Shown here: positions 1 to 9,462 of the stretch, in pieces | Layout: each line of letters begins with the position of its first letter | Numbering within the stretch: the stretch's first letter is position 1 | From: Promethearchaeota archaeon | GTDB lineage: Archaea; Asgardarchaeota; Lokiarchaeia; Sigyniarchaeales; SOKP01 | Assembly (NCBI GenBank): GCA_048938445.1 | Contig: JBHLME010000048.1 | Location: forward strand, 1-31,056 | Length of the DNA stretch: 31,056 bases | Reading direction: 5' to 3' | The notes under the pieces: generated by a model | What the model was told of the DNA's origin: nothing | Database searches by the model: none | Seen by the model: the letters and a program-made list of their open reading frames with translations, nothing else | Made by a program: the position numbers and the translations under genes

Positions 1-1
1 G

Positions 2-196
2 CCTCATTGTATATTTAAAATGGGTCAAGTTAAAAGTTTCTATCCCACTGGACAACAAAAATTCTGCGTAATGGGAAATTCTCCACTATTATGTGAAAAC
101 TGTGGTTGTGTCGTGCCAATTGCTGCTCATGCCTTATTTAAGAAATTTGATTCCGGCACAGTTGATAAAGCGAGGGAATTATTTAATCTTGGATAA
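2..196 (+). CDS. 3' end of a gene truncated by the window edge; probable radical SAM protein C-terminal Cys-rich (SPASM/twitch-like) region
   Basis: Manual translation of frame 2 is open from the edge to TAA at 194-196: PHCIFKMGQVKSFYPTGQQKFCVMGNSPLLCENCGCVVP...LG*. The C..C..CxxCGC pattern is typical of radical SAM C-termini. Confidence 0.55.
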   Translation, partial: PHCIFKMGQVKSFYPTGQQKFCVMGNSPLLCENCGCVVPIAAHALFKKFDSGTVDKARELFNLG

Positions 197-335
197 TAAA
201 AATGCATAGTTTTTTTAAAACCTAAGTTATTTTATTTATTTTAATATAAAATATATTAAAGTATTATTTCTACAGGATCCAAAATTCTGTTTTTGAAAAT
301 AAACCCGGAATAATAAATTTAATTTAGAAATAAAT

Positions 336-1346
336 ATGATCGAGAAATTTTTAGTTATATCTTATTTTGACATGCGTATGGGACCTAATATACTTTATAG
401 CAAATCAGATATCAGCAATATCTATCAATTTCCCGATTTATCGAGAATTCTAGACTTTAGTGAAAATGATGGTACTTTTTTGTTTTCTTTCAGGAAATTT
501 CAAACTGTTAATACAATATTTAACATGGAATCTAAAATTGCACGAGGGGGAAAAGACTTAATCATGATTTCATGTGTAATTCGAGCTTCGTATTTTAAAA
601 ATGAACTAACAGATATTTTTCAATATTTACAATCAAAAACACCTATTTTAGAAAATTTTGCAAAAAAATTAAAAGAACTGCCTAATTTTAACTTAATTCT
701 ACATAAATATAAAAAAAATCCAAATATGGAACAACTTATCAAATATTGCGAAGAAGATAATGTGGATTTTTTCTCTGTTTATGATTATTTTTTTGAGTTA
801 ATATTTCCGGAAGCCGAGGTTAAAATTATTACTCAAGATATTAATCTTAAAAAAAAAATCCTATTATTAGGTTCAAAAGATTCTGGTAAAGATACTTTTT
901 TAAAAACCATTGAAACACTCCAATTTTATAGTCAACGTAATTTAGATATTCCCACTAGAATTTTAGGAATAATAATAGATAATATTATCGTACCAAAACC
1001 ATCTGAATTACAAAAACCTAAACTTAACTTAATTAAAGCTCAAGCGATAATATATATTATTAGAAATATAAATGAGAGAACCTTAAATGAATTAGATTTA
1101 TTATTAGAAGATTATTTAACTTTTTATTTAAATGAGGAACACGACAAAATCCCATTTTTAATTATAAATAATTTTTTTAAAGGAGAGAAACCTTTAAAAC
1201 TAAAAGAGATAAAGGAAAAAAGTTTTAACTTTATAAAATTAAAAAAGGAAAAAATTCCAGTTAAATATTATTCATTCAATGTTTTTAATGAAAATCCGAG
1301 ATTATTAGAACCTTTAAAGTGGTTAATTAAACAAATTTTTACATAA
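336..1346 (+). CDS. Longin/uDENN-like N-terminal domain fused to a degenerate small-GTPase-like domain
   Basis: N-terminal 'VISYFDMRMGPNILY' matches the FDxxxGP start of uDENN/longin folds. C-terminal 'KKILLLGSKDSGKDT' is a P-loop variant, followed by 'AIIYII' and 'IPFLIINN' strands in Ras-fold order. Confidence 0.6.
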   Translation: MIEKFLVISYFDMRMGPNILYSKSDISNIYQFPDLSRILDFSENDGTFLFSFRKFQTVNTIFNMESKIARGGKDLIMISCVIRASYFKNELTDIFQYLQSKTPILENFAKKLKELPNFNLILHKYKKNPNMEQLIKYCEEDNVDFFSVYDYFFELIFPEAEVKIITQDINLKKKILLLGSKDSGKDTFLKTIETLQFYSQRNLDIPTRILGIIIDNIIVPKPSELQKPKLNLIKAQAIIYIIRNINERTLNELDLLLEDYLTFYLNEEHDKIPFLIINNFFKGEKPLKLKEIKEKSFNFIKLKKEKIPVKYYSFNVFNENPRLLEPLKWLIKQIFT

Positions 1347-1396
1347 AATTACAAATAAAAGGCATTAAAGAAATTTTATTTCTTAATGTGGACAAA

Positions 1397-1580
1397 ATGA
1401 GAAAGATCGAACCAAAAGAAATCTTTTTTCCTATAAGAAAAATTGTTTGTAAGGAACTTAAAAAGATTAATATTGTCAGTGAAATCTATTTACAACTAAA
1501 TCACCTAATAAAAAAATATTGGAATAGCTAAAGAATCAGGAGATTTGGATTCAGAATTTGATGATATAAGCTTTATTTAA
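1397..1580 (+). pseudogene. Possible small gene remnant with a frameshift in an A-run
   Basis: ATG at 1397 opens 44 codons to TAA at 1531. Removing one A in the run near 1510-1516 continues into IGIAKESGDLDSEFDDISFI* (stop at 1580). Confidence 0.2.
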
Positions 1581-1594
1581 AATTCATAAATTTT

Positions 1595-2071
1595 TTAATC
1601 TATACTTACATTTTTTTTGCATTTATTACATTTAATTGCGCCCCTATATAAATGATTACCACATTCTGGACATCTATATCTCAATTCTTCATGCTCAATC
1701 CATTTTTGGGTTCCATGCTCTCTCCAGTAAGGGAGCGCACGCATTATTACTTTTCTTCCGACAGGAATTGGAAATTTTTGGAGCCACTTGCATGGAACAT
1801 CTTCACATTTATAGCAAGATTCTATTTTCTTCTCATGTACACAATCCCTAATTTTACATTCCTTACAATAACCAAATATATCATCATTATCTTCTGATTG
1901 ACATCCCTTACATTTCACATCTTCAATAGATTCCACAAATGCTTTATAAACATGTGAATTTTTAATTGCTTCTTTAAATTTATGGTTACCGTCTCTATCA
2001 GCAATATATATGGCGCAGACACCACAATATAATCCACAGGGTGCTAATAATTCCTTCTTTATATCTACCAT
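1595..2071 (-). CDS. Cys-rich metal-binding protein, DUF3795-like, with C-terminal zinc ribbon
   Basis: APCGLYCGVC, CKGC, CKECKIRDC, CYKCEDVPC pattern, then CPEC...CNKC. Confidence 0.8.
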   Translation of the reverse strand: MVDIKKELLAPCGLYCGVCAIYIADRDGNHKFKEAIKNSHVYKAFVESIEDVKCKGCQSEDNDDIFGYCKECKIRDCVHEKKIESCYKCEDVPCKWLQKFPIPVGRKVIMRALPYWREHGTQKWIEHEELRYRCPECGNHLYRGAIKCNKCKKNVSID

Positions 2072-2126
2072 TTATTTTTTATGGAATTTTTTTTAATTTT
2101 TTAATATAATCATTTAAATCATAACA

Positions 2127-3008
2127 TCATACTAAATGATGAAATTGCTCTGAATTGATAATAGTACTTAATAAAATTTCAAAATTTTCTTTATTTCCAA
2201 ATATTAAAAATAATGTCTTTTTTATAGGAATGACAGCTTCTTTACCCACCAACCAAGGTTTCTTCTTTATTTTTAATTTGATGAGTACATTAGCACCATA
2301 ATATCCTTTAAAAGTGGTATCAATTAATTGTACATCTTCGAAACCTGGTATTTTTTCTTTTCTTATTTCATATTCCGATTTTTTCTTTAGAACATCAAGT
2401 GCCTCTTGGATTAATCCTTGATTATTTTCAATATCTTTTGAGAAATAAAAAATGATTAAACCACAATCTTTTGGAAAGCCTTTAGAGCCCTTGAGTTCAT
2501 AATCAAGAGTTAGACGTTCTAAAGCTTCATTATGTTCAATTACTTCAGATTTAATTTTCCATCCTTGCTCTACGAGAGGTTTTAAGTATTTATACCCTCC
2601 AATATGAACTGTATCAATTGTTAATTTCTTGGAACCTTGATAAATCTTATCTAAAGAATCTCCTATAAACAAGCTACTATCTTTTAATCTCTTTAATTCT
2701 TTTTCTTTCTTTTCAATTATTTGGTTCAATATCTCTAAGGGTGGTTTTGCTATATATTTTATCCTTCGGGGATTTTCTGAAATTAATTTTGAGATTGCCC
2801 ATTCTTTTTCACATAATCTTTCTAAAATCGCATAAATTGTTGTTCTACCGATTGTTAATTCCTTTTTTATACTTCCTACAACTTCACCTCTCTTTCCTCT
2901 TTTTAGAAGTGAAGCATATACCGAAACTTCTTCACTTGTTAAACCAAAATTTATTAAAGACTTTATATTGTCTTCAGACAATTTATTTTCAAGTCTATCA
3001 TCTTCCAT
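2127..3008 (-). CDS. TrmB-family winged-helix transcriptional regulator with an uncharacterised C-terminal domain
   Basis: 'LINFGLTSEEVSVYASLL...IGRTTIYAILERLCEKEW...PRRIKYIAKPP' is a TrmB-type HTH followed by a coiled coil. Confidence 0.75.
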   Translation of the reverse strand: MEDDRLENKLSEDNIKSLINFGLTSEEVSVYASLLKRGKRGEVVGSIKKELTIGRTTIYAILERLCEKEWAISKLISENPRRIKYIAKPPLEILNQIIEKKEKELKRLKDSSLFIGDSLDKIYQGSKKLTIDTVHIGGYKYLKPLVEQGWKIKSEVIEHNEALERLTLDYELKGSKGFPKDCGLIIFYFSKDIENNQGLIQEALDVLKKKSEYEIRKEKIPGFEDVQLIDTTFKGYYGANVLIKLKIKKKPWLVGKEAVIPIKKTLFLIFGNKENFEILLSTIINSEQFHHLV

Positions 3009-3053
3009 TGCTTTCTATTAATATGATTTAAAATATAATTTTATCTCATTAAG

Positions 3054-3073
3054 TTGTCATCCTCGATTGACAA
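3054..3073. promoter_or_regulatory. Inverted repeat TTGTCA-N8-TGACAA, candidate operator
   Basis: Perfect 6-bp arms about 45 bp upstream of the TrmB-like gene, in the divergent spacer shared with the methyltransferase. Confidence 0.5.
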
Positions 3074-3284
3074 TAAAATGACCTTTAAATATCAATCTCT
3101 TTTTTCTTATATTAAGAAAGTATTTTATTTTAAAAAATTACGGAGCGTGATATAATGTACAATAAGATAGTTCAATTTAGGTTTGATGAAAGGATAGGTA
3201 AAATTATTAGTTTAGAACACGTTTTAGAAAATTTTCTATCAATATTAAAATTAAATCCTTTTACAAAAGTGAGGTTCATTCAAT

Positions 3285-3980
3285 ATGAGTAAAACTCAGA
3301 AGAAAATACCAAATAGAATTCCAGAAGGCGAATCAATAAATGATCATGGAGAAATGCCAATTGAAGAAATAAATGCACAATTCAAGAAAAGAATGAGAGA
3401 ATATAGGAATTTTGTAGATTTTATCATTAGTATACTCAATTTGAAAGATCATTCCAAAGTTCTTGAAATCGGACCAGGCCCTGCTTGGATTAGTATCATA
3501 CTTATAAAAAAGAATCCTACAATCCATCTAACAGGATTAGAAATTTCAAAAGATATGATAAGAATTGCAGAACAAAATATCAAAGATGAGCGAGTAGAGA
3601 ATAATATAACTTTCGTGTTAGGAAATGCAAAAGATATGTCTATATTTGAAAGCAAATCTTTTGATGCGGTTATATCTCATGACAGTTTACATCATTGGGT
3701 AGAACCTTTAAAAATTTTTAATGAGATAGCTAGAGTTCTCAAGAATGATGGTGTGTTATGTATTGGTGATGGAAGACGAGACATTGGACTAGGTGCAAAA
3801 ACCATATTTAATATTGCAAAACTGTTCATTTCAAAACAAATGAGTTATTATTGGAAGACATCCATAATGGCTAGTTATACTCCAGATGAATTAAGGGAAA
3901 TGCTTAATCAAACTGATTTAAAAGGACTTTTTGAACTTACAGCTGATCTTTTTGAGATTGTTATCCACAATAAGTATTAA
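3285..3980 (+). CDS. Class I SAM-dependent methyltransferase
   Basis: Motif I 'VLEIGPGPA', 'GLEIS', 'GNAKDM', 'SFDAVIS..SLHHW', 'EIARVLKNDG'. A GAGGT ribosome-binding-like site lies upstream. Confidence 0.9.
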   Translation: MSKTQKKIPNRIPEGESINDHGEMPIEEINAQFKKRMREYRNFVDFIISILNLKDHSKVLEIGPGPAWISIILIKKNPTIHLTGLEISKDMIRIAEQNIKDERVENNITFVLGNAKDMSIFESKSFDAVISHDSLHHWVEPLKIFNEIARVLKNDGVLCIGDGRRDIGLGAKTIFNIAKLFISKQMSYYWKTSIMASYTPDELREMLNQTDLKGLFELTADLFEIVIHNKY

Positions 3981-4124
3981 TGATAATTCGGGATTTGACA
4001 TATTCATATAATTTTTTTTTTATAAAAATTAAAAGTGCAAGGCTTCATACTTAAATATTATTGAATCTTACATATAAAATATTAAATTCCTAAAAAATTA
4101 AGTTTGTATCTTAATTGATTTATT

Positions 4125-4481
4125 ATGAGCGATAATAGAATTCAAGAGATATTAGAAAAATTGAAGTCAATTCGTGGTGTTCATGGCTCTGCTATCATAG
4201 AAAGATTCGGACTCGTTAGAGGTAGCGCCTTGCCGGGATGGATTGATGAAGAAAGTGTTGCTGCAATGGTGACCCTCATATTAAAGGCCTCTCAACGAGC
4301 CTCAAAGGAACTCGAACAAGGGACATTTGATAGTGCCATCATAGAGAGCGGAAAAGGAAGGATTCTTTTCGATGATATTAAAGATAATATTATTGTAGTC
4401 ATTTCTGATAATTCTGCAAAGCTAGGTATTGTAAGTTTAAAACTGAAAGCTGCTGTAAGAGAACTAGAGAAAATATTATAA
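4125..4481 (+). CDS. Roadblock/LC7 (MglB-like) domain protein
   Basis: 118 aa with 'LKSIRGVHGSAIIERFGLV', 'VAAM', 'ELEQG', 'IIESGKGRI', 'AKLGIV', the typical roadblock pattern. Confidence 0.9.
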   Translation: MSDNRIQEILEKLKSIRGVHGSAIIERFGLVRGSALPGWIDEESVAAMVTLILKASQRASKELEQGTFDSAIIESGKGRILFDDIKDNIIVVISDNSAKLGIVSLKLKAAVRELEKIL

Positions 4482-4540
4482 TTTTTTTCTCTTTTTTTAT
4501 ATAATTTCAATATATTTAAGCATTAGGAAGTTTTTTAAAA

Positions 4541-5290
4541 ATGAGTCTGATTACAAAAGTTTCTGAACGCTTACAAATTGTATATAGACTTATATTGAAT
4601 CCAAAAGTAGTAAAATATACGATTTATAGTGCAATCCTCACGTTTATTCCCTGTATTATAATTGGATATATTGTTGCGAATCTTGATGCAACCCCTTTTA
4701 ATTTTTGGCAAAAAACTATTAGCTCTCTTGGATCAAGAAACGAGACTTTTATTCCAAAATTCTTAGATGATGGTGCAATGTTGACTTCAATTTTATTGAT
4801 TCCAATGGGTTTCTCATTACATAAACATTTAATCACAGTAAAAGACGTTAATAAATCAGAAGATAGGTCCAAATTACGTCTTTTATTAGCTCATTTAGGA
4901 TTAATGTTTTTTCTAATAGGTTTAGTAGGATTTTTTGGAATTGGATTTTACTCTGTAGATGTAGGGAATGCATTGGGAGATATTGCATATTTTGGAACTC
5001 GTGCGTTAAATATTCATGATATATTTTCAGCAGTAGTTTTTCTTGGTCTTGGAATTTCAGGTGTTTTTTTTGGATTATCAATATCGGTATATAAAACTTT
5101 TATTACCAACAGGAGATTTGCTTTAATTGTTGGAATTTACTTGATTTTTGTACCAATAACGATAGCCCTTTGTTATGTATTAATTACTCCAATTATATAT
5201 GTTCTCGAGTGGATATTGCTATTCTCTCTTTTTGGAGGGATGATTCCTTTAGCAATAACCCTTGTAAGGAAAATTAATAGAGAAGAATGA
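4541..5290 (+). CDS. Multi-pass membrane protein, DUF998/Frag1-DRAM-like
   Basis: About 6 hydrophobic segments; motifs 'TISSLGS', 'GFYSVD', 'IHDIFS', 'LEW'. Confidence 0.65.
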   Translation: MSLITKVSERLQIVYRLILNPKVVKYTIYSAILTFIPCIIIGYIVANLDATPFNFWQKTISSLGSRNETFIPKFLDDGAMLTSILLIPMGFSLHKHLITVKDVNKSEDRSKLRLLLAHLGLMFFLIGLVGFFGIGFYSVDVGNALGDIAYFGTRALNIHDIFSAVVFLGLGISGVFFGLSISVYKTFITNRRFALIVGIYLIFVPITIALCYVLITPIIYVLEWILLFSLFGGMIPLAITLVRKINREE

Positions 5291-5330
5291 TTGAAATAAA
5301 CTTAAAGGATAATAATTTTATAATTCTCTA

Positions 5331-6773
5331 TTAATTTAACAATCTTCTGAAAATTTCTTCAGTTATTTCGGGATCTGCTTGACCTCTTGTCTTTTTCATT
5401 ACTCCACCTATTAGATTTTGTATTGCTTTAGGCTTCTTTTTATAAGCTTCCACAGTTTCAGGATTTTCCTCGATAACTTCCCGACATAATTTTTCCAGCT
5501 CTTTATCATCGGAAATTAATTTTTTTCCCGTTTTTTTTATGATATCTGAAATTGCAGTTCCTTTCATCATTTCTTCAATGAAACTGTTAGCGATTTTTAT
5601 AGATATAATTTTATTATTAATTGCTTTTATGATATCAACTAATTGTTGTGGTTTTAATAGTGTTTCAGTGATGTTCTTATTATTTTCGTTTAACCATCTT
5701 GAAACCTGATTCATTACCCAGTTACAATACAATTTATACTCTTCTATTCCAAATGATTTTTCTAATTTAATCCCTTCTTCAAAAAAGTCTGCGATATTTT
5801 TATCTATTACAAGTATACCCGCATCAAATTCTGATAATTGATATTTCTCTTGATATCTCAATTTTCTCTCCTTAGGCATCTCTGGAAGTTCTTTTCTAAT
5901 TTTTTCTATAAATTCTTCAGACATTTCGAAGGGAACGAGGTCTTGCTCGGGGAAATATCGATAATCTGCTTCAAATTCTTTGCTCCTGAGGGAAATTGTT
6001 TTCTCGCCATCCCAGTGTCTTGTTTCTTGTACTAATTTTTTTCCGCGTTTTATTTCTAATTTCTGCCTCTTAATTTCATGAACCAAAGCACTTTCGACTT
6101 CCTTAATGCTGTTGATATTTTTCACCTCAGAACGATCATGACCCTCAATTGAGATGTTTGCATCAACCCTAAATGCACCTTCTAATGTAGGATCGGAAAT
6201 TTCAGTATATTGTACTATTGACATTAATTGTTTCAAGTATTCGCGAGCCTCAGCAGGAGTTTTCATATCTGGTTCTGACACGACTTCAATGAGCGTAGTT
6301 CCGCTTCTATTATAATCTATTAATGCATAAGGTGAAGTAGCGATACTCCCCTCATGAACAATACGGGCAGGATCCTCCTCTAAGTGAATTCGATTTAATT
6401 TAATTTCTTTTTTGTTTCCATCGACTTCAATTTCAATAATTCCTCCATCTGCAAAAGCCTTTCCTCCTGCTTTATTATACTGAGAGATTTGGAATCCTTT
6501 AGGAAGATCTGGATAATAATAATTTTTCCTAAAGAAATAGAATCTCTTATTAATGTTACAGTTCAACGCTAAAGCAAGGCGAGTGGCAAATTCAATTGCT
6601 TTTTCATTAGTTACTGGAAGAGATCCAGGTAATCCCAAACATATAGGACATGTATGTGTATTAGGTGGTTTTCCACGATAATCACTACTACATGCACAAA
6701 ATAATTTTGTGTTTAAAGCCGTTAATTGAATGTGAACTTCAAGACCAATGATTACATCTTTATTATCATTCAT
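5331..6773 (-). CDS. gatB: Asp/Glu-tRNA(Asn/Gln) amidotransferase subunit B
   Basis: 'IGLEVHIQL', 'CPICLGLPGSLP', 'RKNYYYPDLPKGFQISQY', 'IHLEED', 'DYRYFPE', and a C-terminal YqeY-like 'GGVMKKTRGQADP'. Confidence 0.98.
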   Translation of the reverse strand: MNDNKDVIIGLEVHIQLTALNTKLFCACSSDYRGKPPNTHTCPICLGLPGSLPVTNEKAIEFATRLALALNCNINKRFYFFRKNYYYPDLPKGFQISQYNKAGGKAFADGGIIEIEVDGNKKEIKLNRIHLEEDPARIVHEGSIATSPYALIDYNRSGTTLIEVVSEPDMKTPAEAREYLKQLMSIVQYTEISDPTLEGAFRVDANISIEGHDRSEVKNINSIKEVESALVHEIKRQKLEIKRGKKLVQETRHWDGEKTISLRSKEFEADYRYFPEQDLVPFEMSEEFIEKIRKELPEMPKERKLRYQEKYQLSEFDAGILVIDKNIADFFEEGIKLEKSFGIEEYKLYCNWVMNQVSRWLNENNKNITETLLKPQQLVDIIKAINNKIISIKIANSFIEEMMKGTAISDIIKKTGKKLISDDKELEKLCREVIEENPETVEAYKKKPKAIQNLIGGVMKKTRGQADPEITEEIFRRLLN

Positions 6774-6774
6774 T

Positions 6775-8250
6775 TTATTTTCCTCCCTTTAGAGATGGAT
6801 ATTTTCTGTAAATGTTTAGCTCTCGCTCAAGCAAATGACCAATATTAAAGATAGTTTTTTCATCGAAGTAATTCCCAATCAATTGAAATCCAATTGGTAA
6901 GTCTTTATTATCAAATCCACAAGGTAGTGATAATGCCGGTAATCCCGCTAAATTAACTGGACACGTGAGAACATCCATTAAATACATTTGTAGTGGGTCA
7001 TCTACCAATTCACCAAGTTTAAAAGCTGTTGTAGGCATAGTAGGGCAAGCAATCGCGTCGCATTTCTCAAATACCTTTCTAAAATCATTAATAATGAGGG
7101 TTCTAACTTTTAATGCTTTGATATAGAACATGTCGTAATATCCTGCTGATAAAGCATAGGAACCTAACATGATTCTTCTCCTGACTTCAATACCAAATTT
7201 CTCTCCTCTTGTCCTACTAAACACGTCAAATACATCTCCCTCAAGATTATCACTCATTTTTCCATGTCTCAAACCGTCAAACCTGGCTAAATTAGAGCTT
7301 GCCTCGCTCATGGCAATTAAATAGTAAGTAGGGATCGTATACTCTAAATGGGGAAAAGATACTTCTTCCGTTTTAGCCCCCAAGCTTTCAAGAATTGCAA
7401 TCGACTTGTTTACTTTGTCCTTTACAGCTTTATCTACTCCTTCTCCAAAAAATTCACGTGGAATCGCTAGAATCTTCTTTTCAATTGAATCATTTAAATG
7501 AGACCAATAATCATCTACATCTATCTTCACTGTTGTAGAATCTAAATTATCGTGTCCCGCCATGATTTGTAATAATAAAGCACAATCTTTCACGCATTTT
7601 GCCATTGGACCGATCTGTTCCAATGAATTTGCATATGAAATCAAACCATATCTCGAAACTCTGCCATAAGTTGGTTTTAATCCTACAATTCCGCAATAGG
7701 CTGCAGGACTTCTTACGCTTCCCCCTGTATCGCTTCCTAAAGCAAAAACGGACTGTCCAGCTGCAATACAAGATCCTGACCCACCACTTGATCCACCTGC
7801 AACTCTTTTTAAATCCCAAGGATTACGTGTTGGACCATAACAACTAGTTTCAGTTGAACTACCCATTGCGAACTCGTCCATATTAGTTCGCCCTATGCAT
7901 ATTGCATTTTGCTTTTCGATCAAACGATCTATAACAGTAGCATTATATGGAGGATAATATCCTTCCAGGATATTCGAACAACATGTTGTAGGACTATCTT
8001 TTATACATATACAACCTTTAATTCCAATAGGCAATCCATGTAGTTTTCCAATTGATTTTCCTTTTTTCAAATCATCATCCAAGTTCTTGGCCTTCTCTAA
8101 AGCTTCTTTCTCGTGTAAATGAGTGAAAGAATGTATCGCATTTTCTGTTTTTTTTATTTTTTCGAAAAATAATTGAATGGTTTCTTCAATTTTCACTTCC
8201 TTATTTTGAATTCTTTCAATTAACTCATATGCCATGTATTGGTTTTCCAT
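6775..8250 (-). CDS. gatA: Asp/Glu-tRNA(Asn/Gln) amidotransferase subunit A
   Basis: Amidase signature 'TNMDEFAMGSSTE', 'GGSSGGS', 'GSDTGGSVR', 'KPTYGRVSRYGL', 'EASSNLARFDG', 'EVRRRIMLG'. It ends 1 nt before gatB; AGGAG lies upstream. Confidence 0.98.
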   Translation of the reverse strand: MENQYMAYELIERIQNKEVKIEETIQLFFEKIKKTENAIHSFTHLHEKEALEKAKNLDDDLKKGKSIGKLHGLPIGIKGCICIKDSPTTCCSNILEGYYPPYNATVIDRLIEKQNAICIGRTNMDEFAMGSSTETSCYGPTRNPWDLKRVAGGSSGGSGSCIAAGQSVFALGSDTGGSVRSPAAYCGIVGLKPTYGRVSRYGLISYANSLEQIGPMAKCVKDCALLLQIMAGHDNLDSTTVKIDVDDYWSHLNDSIEKKILAIPREFFGEGVDKAVKDKVNKSIAILESLGAKTEEVSFPHLEYTIPTYYLIAMSEASSNLARFDGLRHGKMSDNLEGDVFDVFSRTRGEKFGIEVRRRIMLGSYALSAGYYDMFYIKALKVRTLIINDFRKVFEKCDAIACPTMPTTAFKLGELVDDPLQMYLMDVLTCPVNLAGLPALSLPCGFDNKDLPIGFQLIGNYFDEKTIFNIGHLLERELNIYRKYPSLKGGK

Positions 8251-8289
8251 CGTAACTTCTCCTTGATCTGATTATAACATATTATGATC

Positions 8290-8317
8290 CTAATAATTAG
8301 AATATTCTCATTATTAG
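8290..8317. promoter_or_regulatory. 28-bp near-perfect palindrome upstream of gatA
   Basis: CTAATAATTAGAATATTCTCATTATTAG has one mismatched pair. Further CTAATAA copies occur at 8321 and 8334. Confidence 0.45.
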
Positions 8318-8401
8318 TTTCTAATAACAATTTCTAATAAAAAAATAAGAAATAAAAAAAAGTATTTAAAAATTTTAATATTAAATGCTAAACCTAAATA
8401 A

Positions 8402-9202
8402 TCATCTACTTTTTAAATCATTATTTATCATTTTTATAGCTACACAACCGACTGGATACAGCCACACCATTAAAGCAAACATCATGAACCACTCGTGAAA
8501 TTGCTCCTCAGTTAACAAAAAAAACATCATATGTAGTGTTGGCCAAATGACCATTTCTAATCCAAGAATCACTAGAACAATCCATGGAAGCTTCAAATCA
8601 ATGATTTTGCGTACAGTTTTTGGATACAGAATAAAGAATAATCCAATAAATATTCCTGCTATAACAAATCCTCCAAAAACGACCATTGAAAAGAAACGAT
8701 GATAGTTCATGCCAAACATTAAAATACCATATTGTGCTAATAAACGACCCTCATCTTCCGAGTAAAATCCTACCCAAAACCATCCTAATATACCTACCAC
8801 CATAAAGAAAAAGCCAATATTAATTAAAATCCACTTACCGACTCTTTTGATATCCCATTTCTCTTCTCCTTTATATGAAATATGAACTTTCTTATATAGA
8901 TAAAACACTAATGGTGTAAACAAGATTGCTAAAACCATCCATAAAATGTTCAATAATACTGGAATTGGGGTGTATCTCACTGAACCAAGGTCGCTAATAT
9001 AATGATTAAATATGTTATATCCATTCCACTCGTAAGTAGTGAATTGCGCAGGATCAAAAAAGTTTGCGTAATACACGGCAATTAACAAGAATACAATAAA
9101 ACTAAACAAACCTGCAATAGTGCACCACTTAACTCGTTTAGGTTCCGTCACATAGTCATAGAATTGATTTTTATATTTAACAATTTTTGCTTTTAATTCC
9201 AT
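8402..9202 (-). CDS. Multi-pass membrane protein, DUF998/Frag1-DRAM-like (tandem copy 1)
   Basis: About 6 TM segments; 'HYISDLGSVRY', 'VGFYSEDEGRLLA', 'YHRFFS', 'FHEWFM'. Confidence 0.7.
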   Translation of the reverse strand: MELKAKIVKYKNQFYDYVTEPKRVKWCTIAGLFSFIVFLLIAVYYANFFDPAQFTTYEWNGYNIFNHYISDLGSVRYTPIPVLLNILWMVLAILFTPLVFYLYKKVHISYKGEEKWDIKRVGKWILINIGFFFMVVGILGWFWVGFYSEDEGRLLAQYGILMFGMNYHRFFSMVVFGGFVIAGIFIGLFFILYPKTVRKIIDLKLPWIVLVILGLEMVIWPTLHMMFFLLTEEQFHEWFMMFALMVWLYPVGCVAIKMINNDLKSR

Positions 9203-9462
9203 TATTTTCTCACTTTTTAGTAGAAATGTTGAATGATATTAATTATTAAATTGCTTTTTTAAAAAATTTCATCACTATTTTATATTAATAATTTCCTTAA
9301 ACTATCCACATTTTTTTTAAGACAACAATGGAATTTACCATAATTACTTAAAATGGCATTTGAGAAGAAAAAAATTGTTATTAAAAAGAAAGGATATTAT
9401 TAGAGACTCAAATTAATTATAGAAATTCTATATAAAAAAAAGAAGGGTTAATTATTTTAAGA

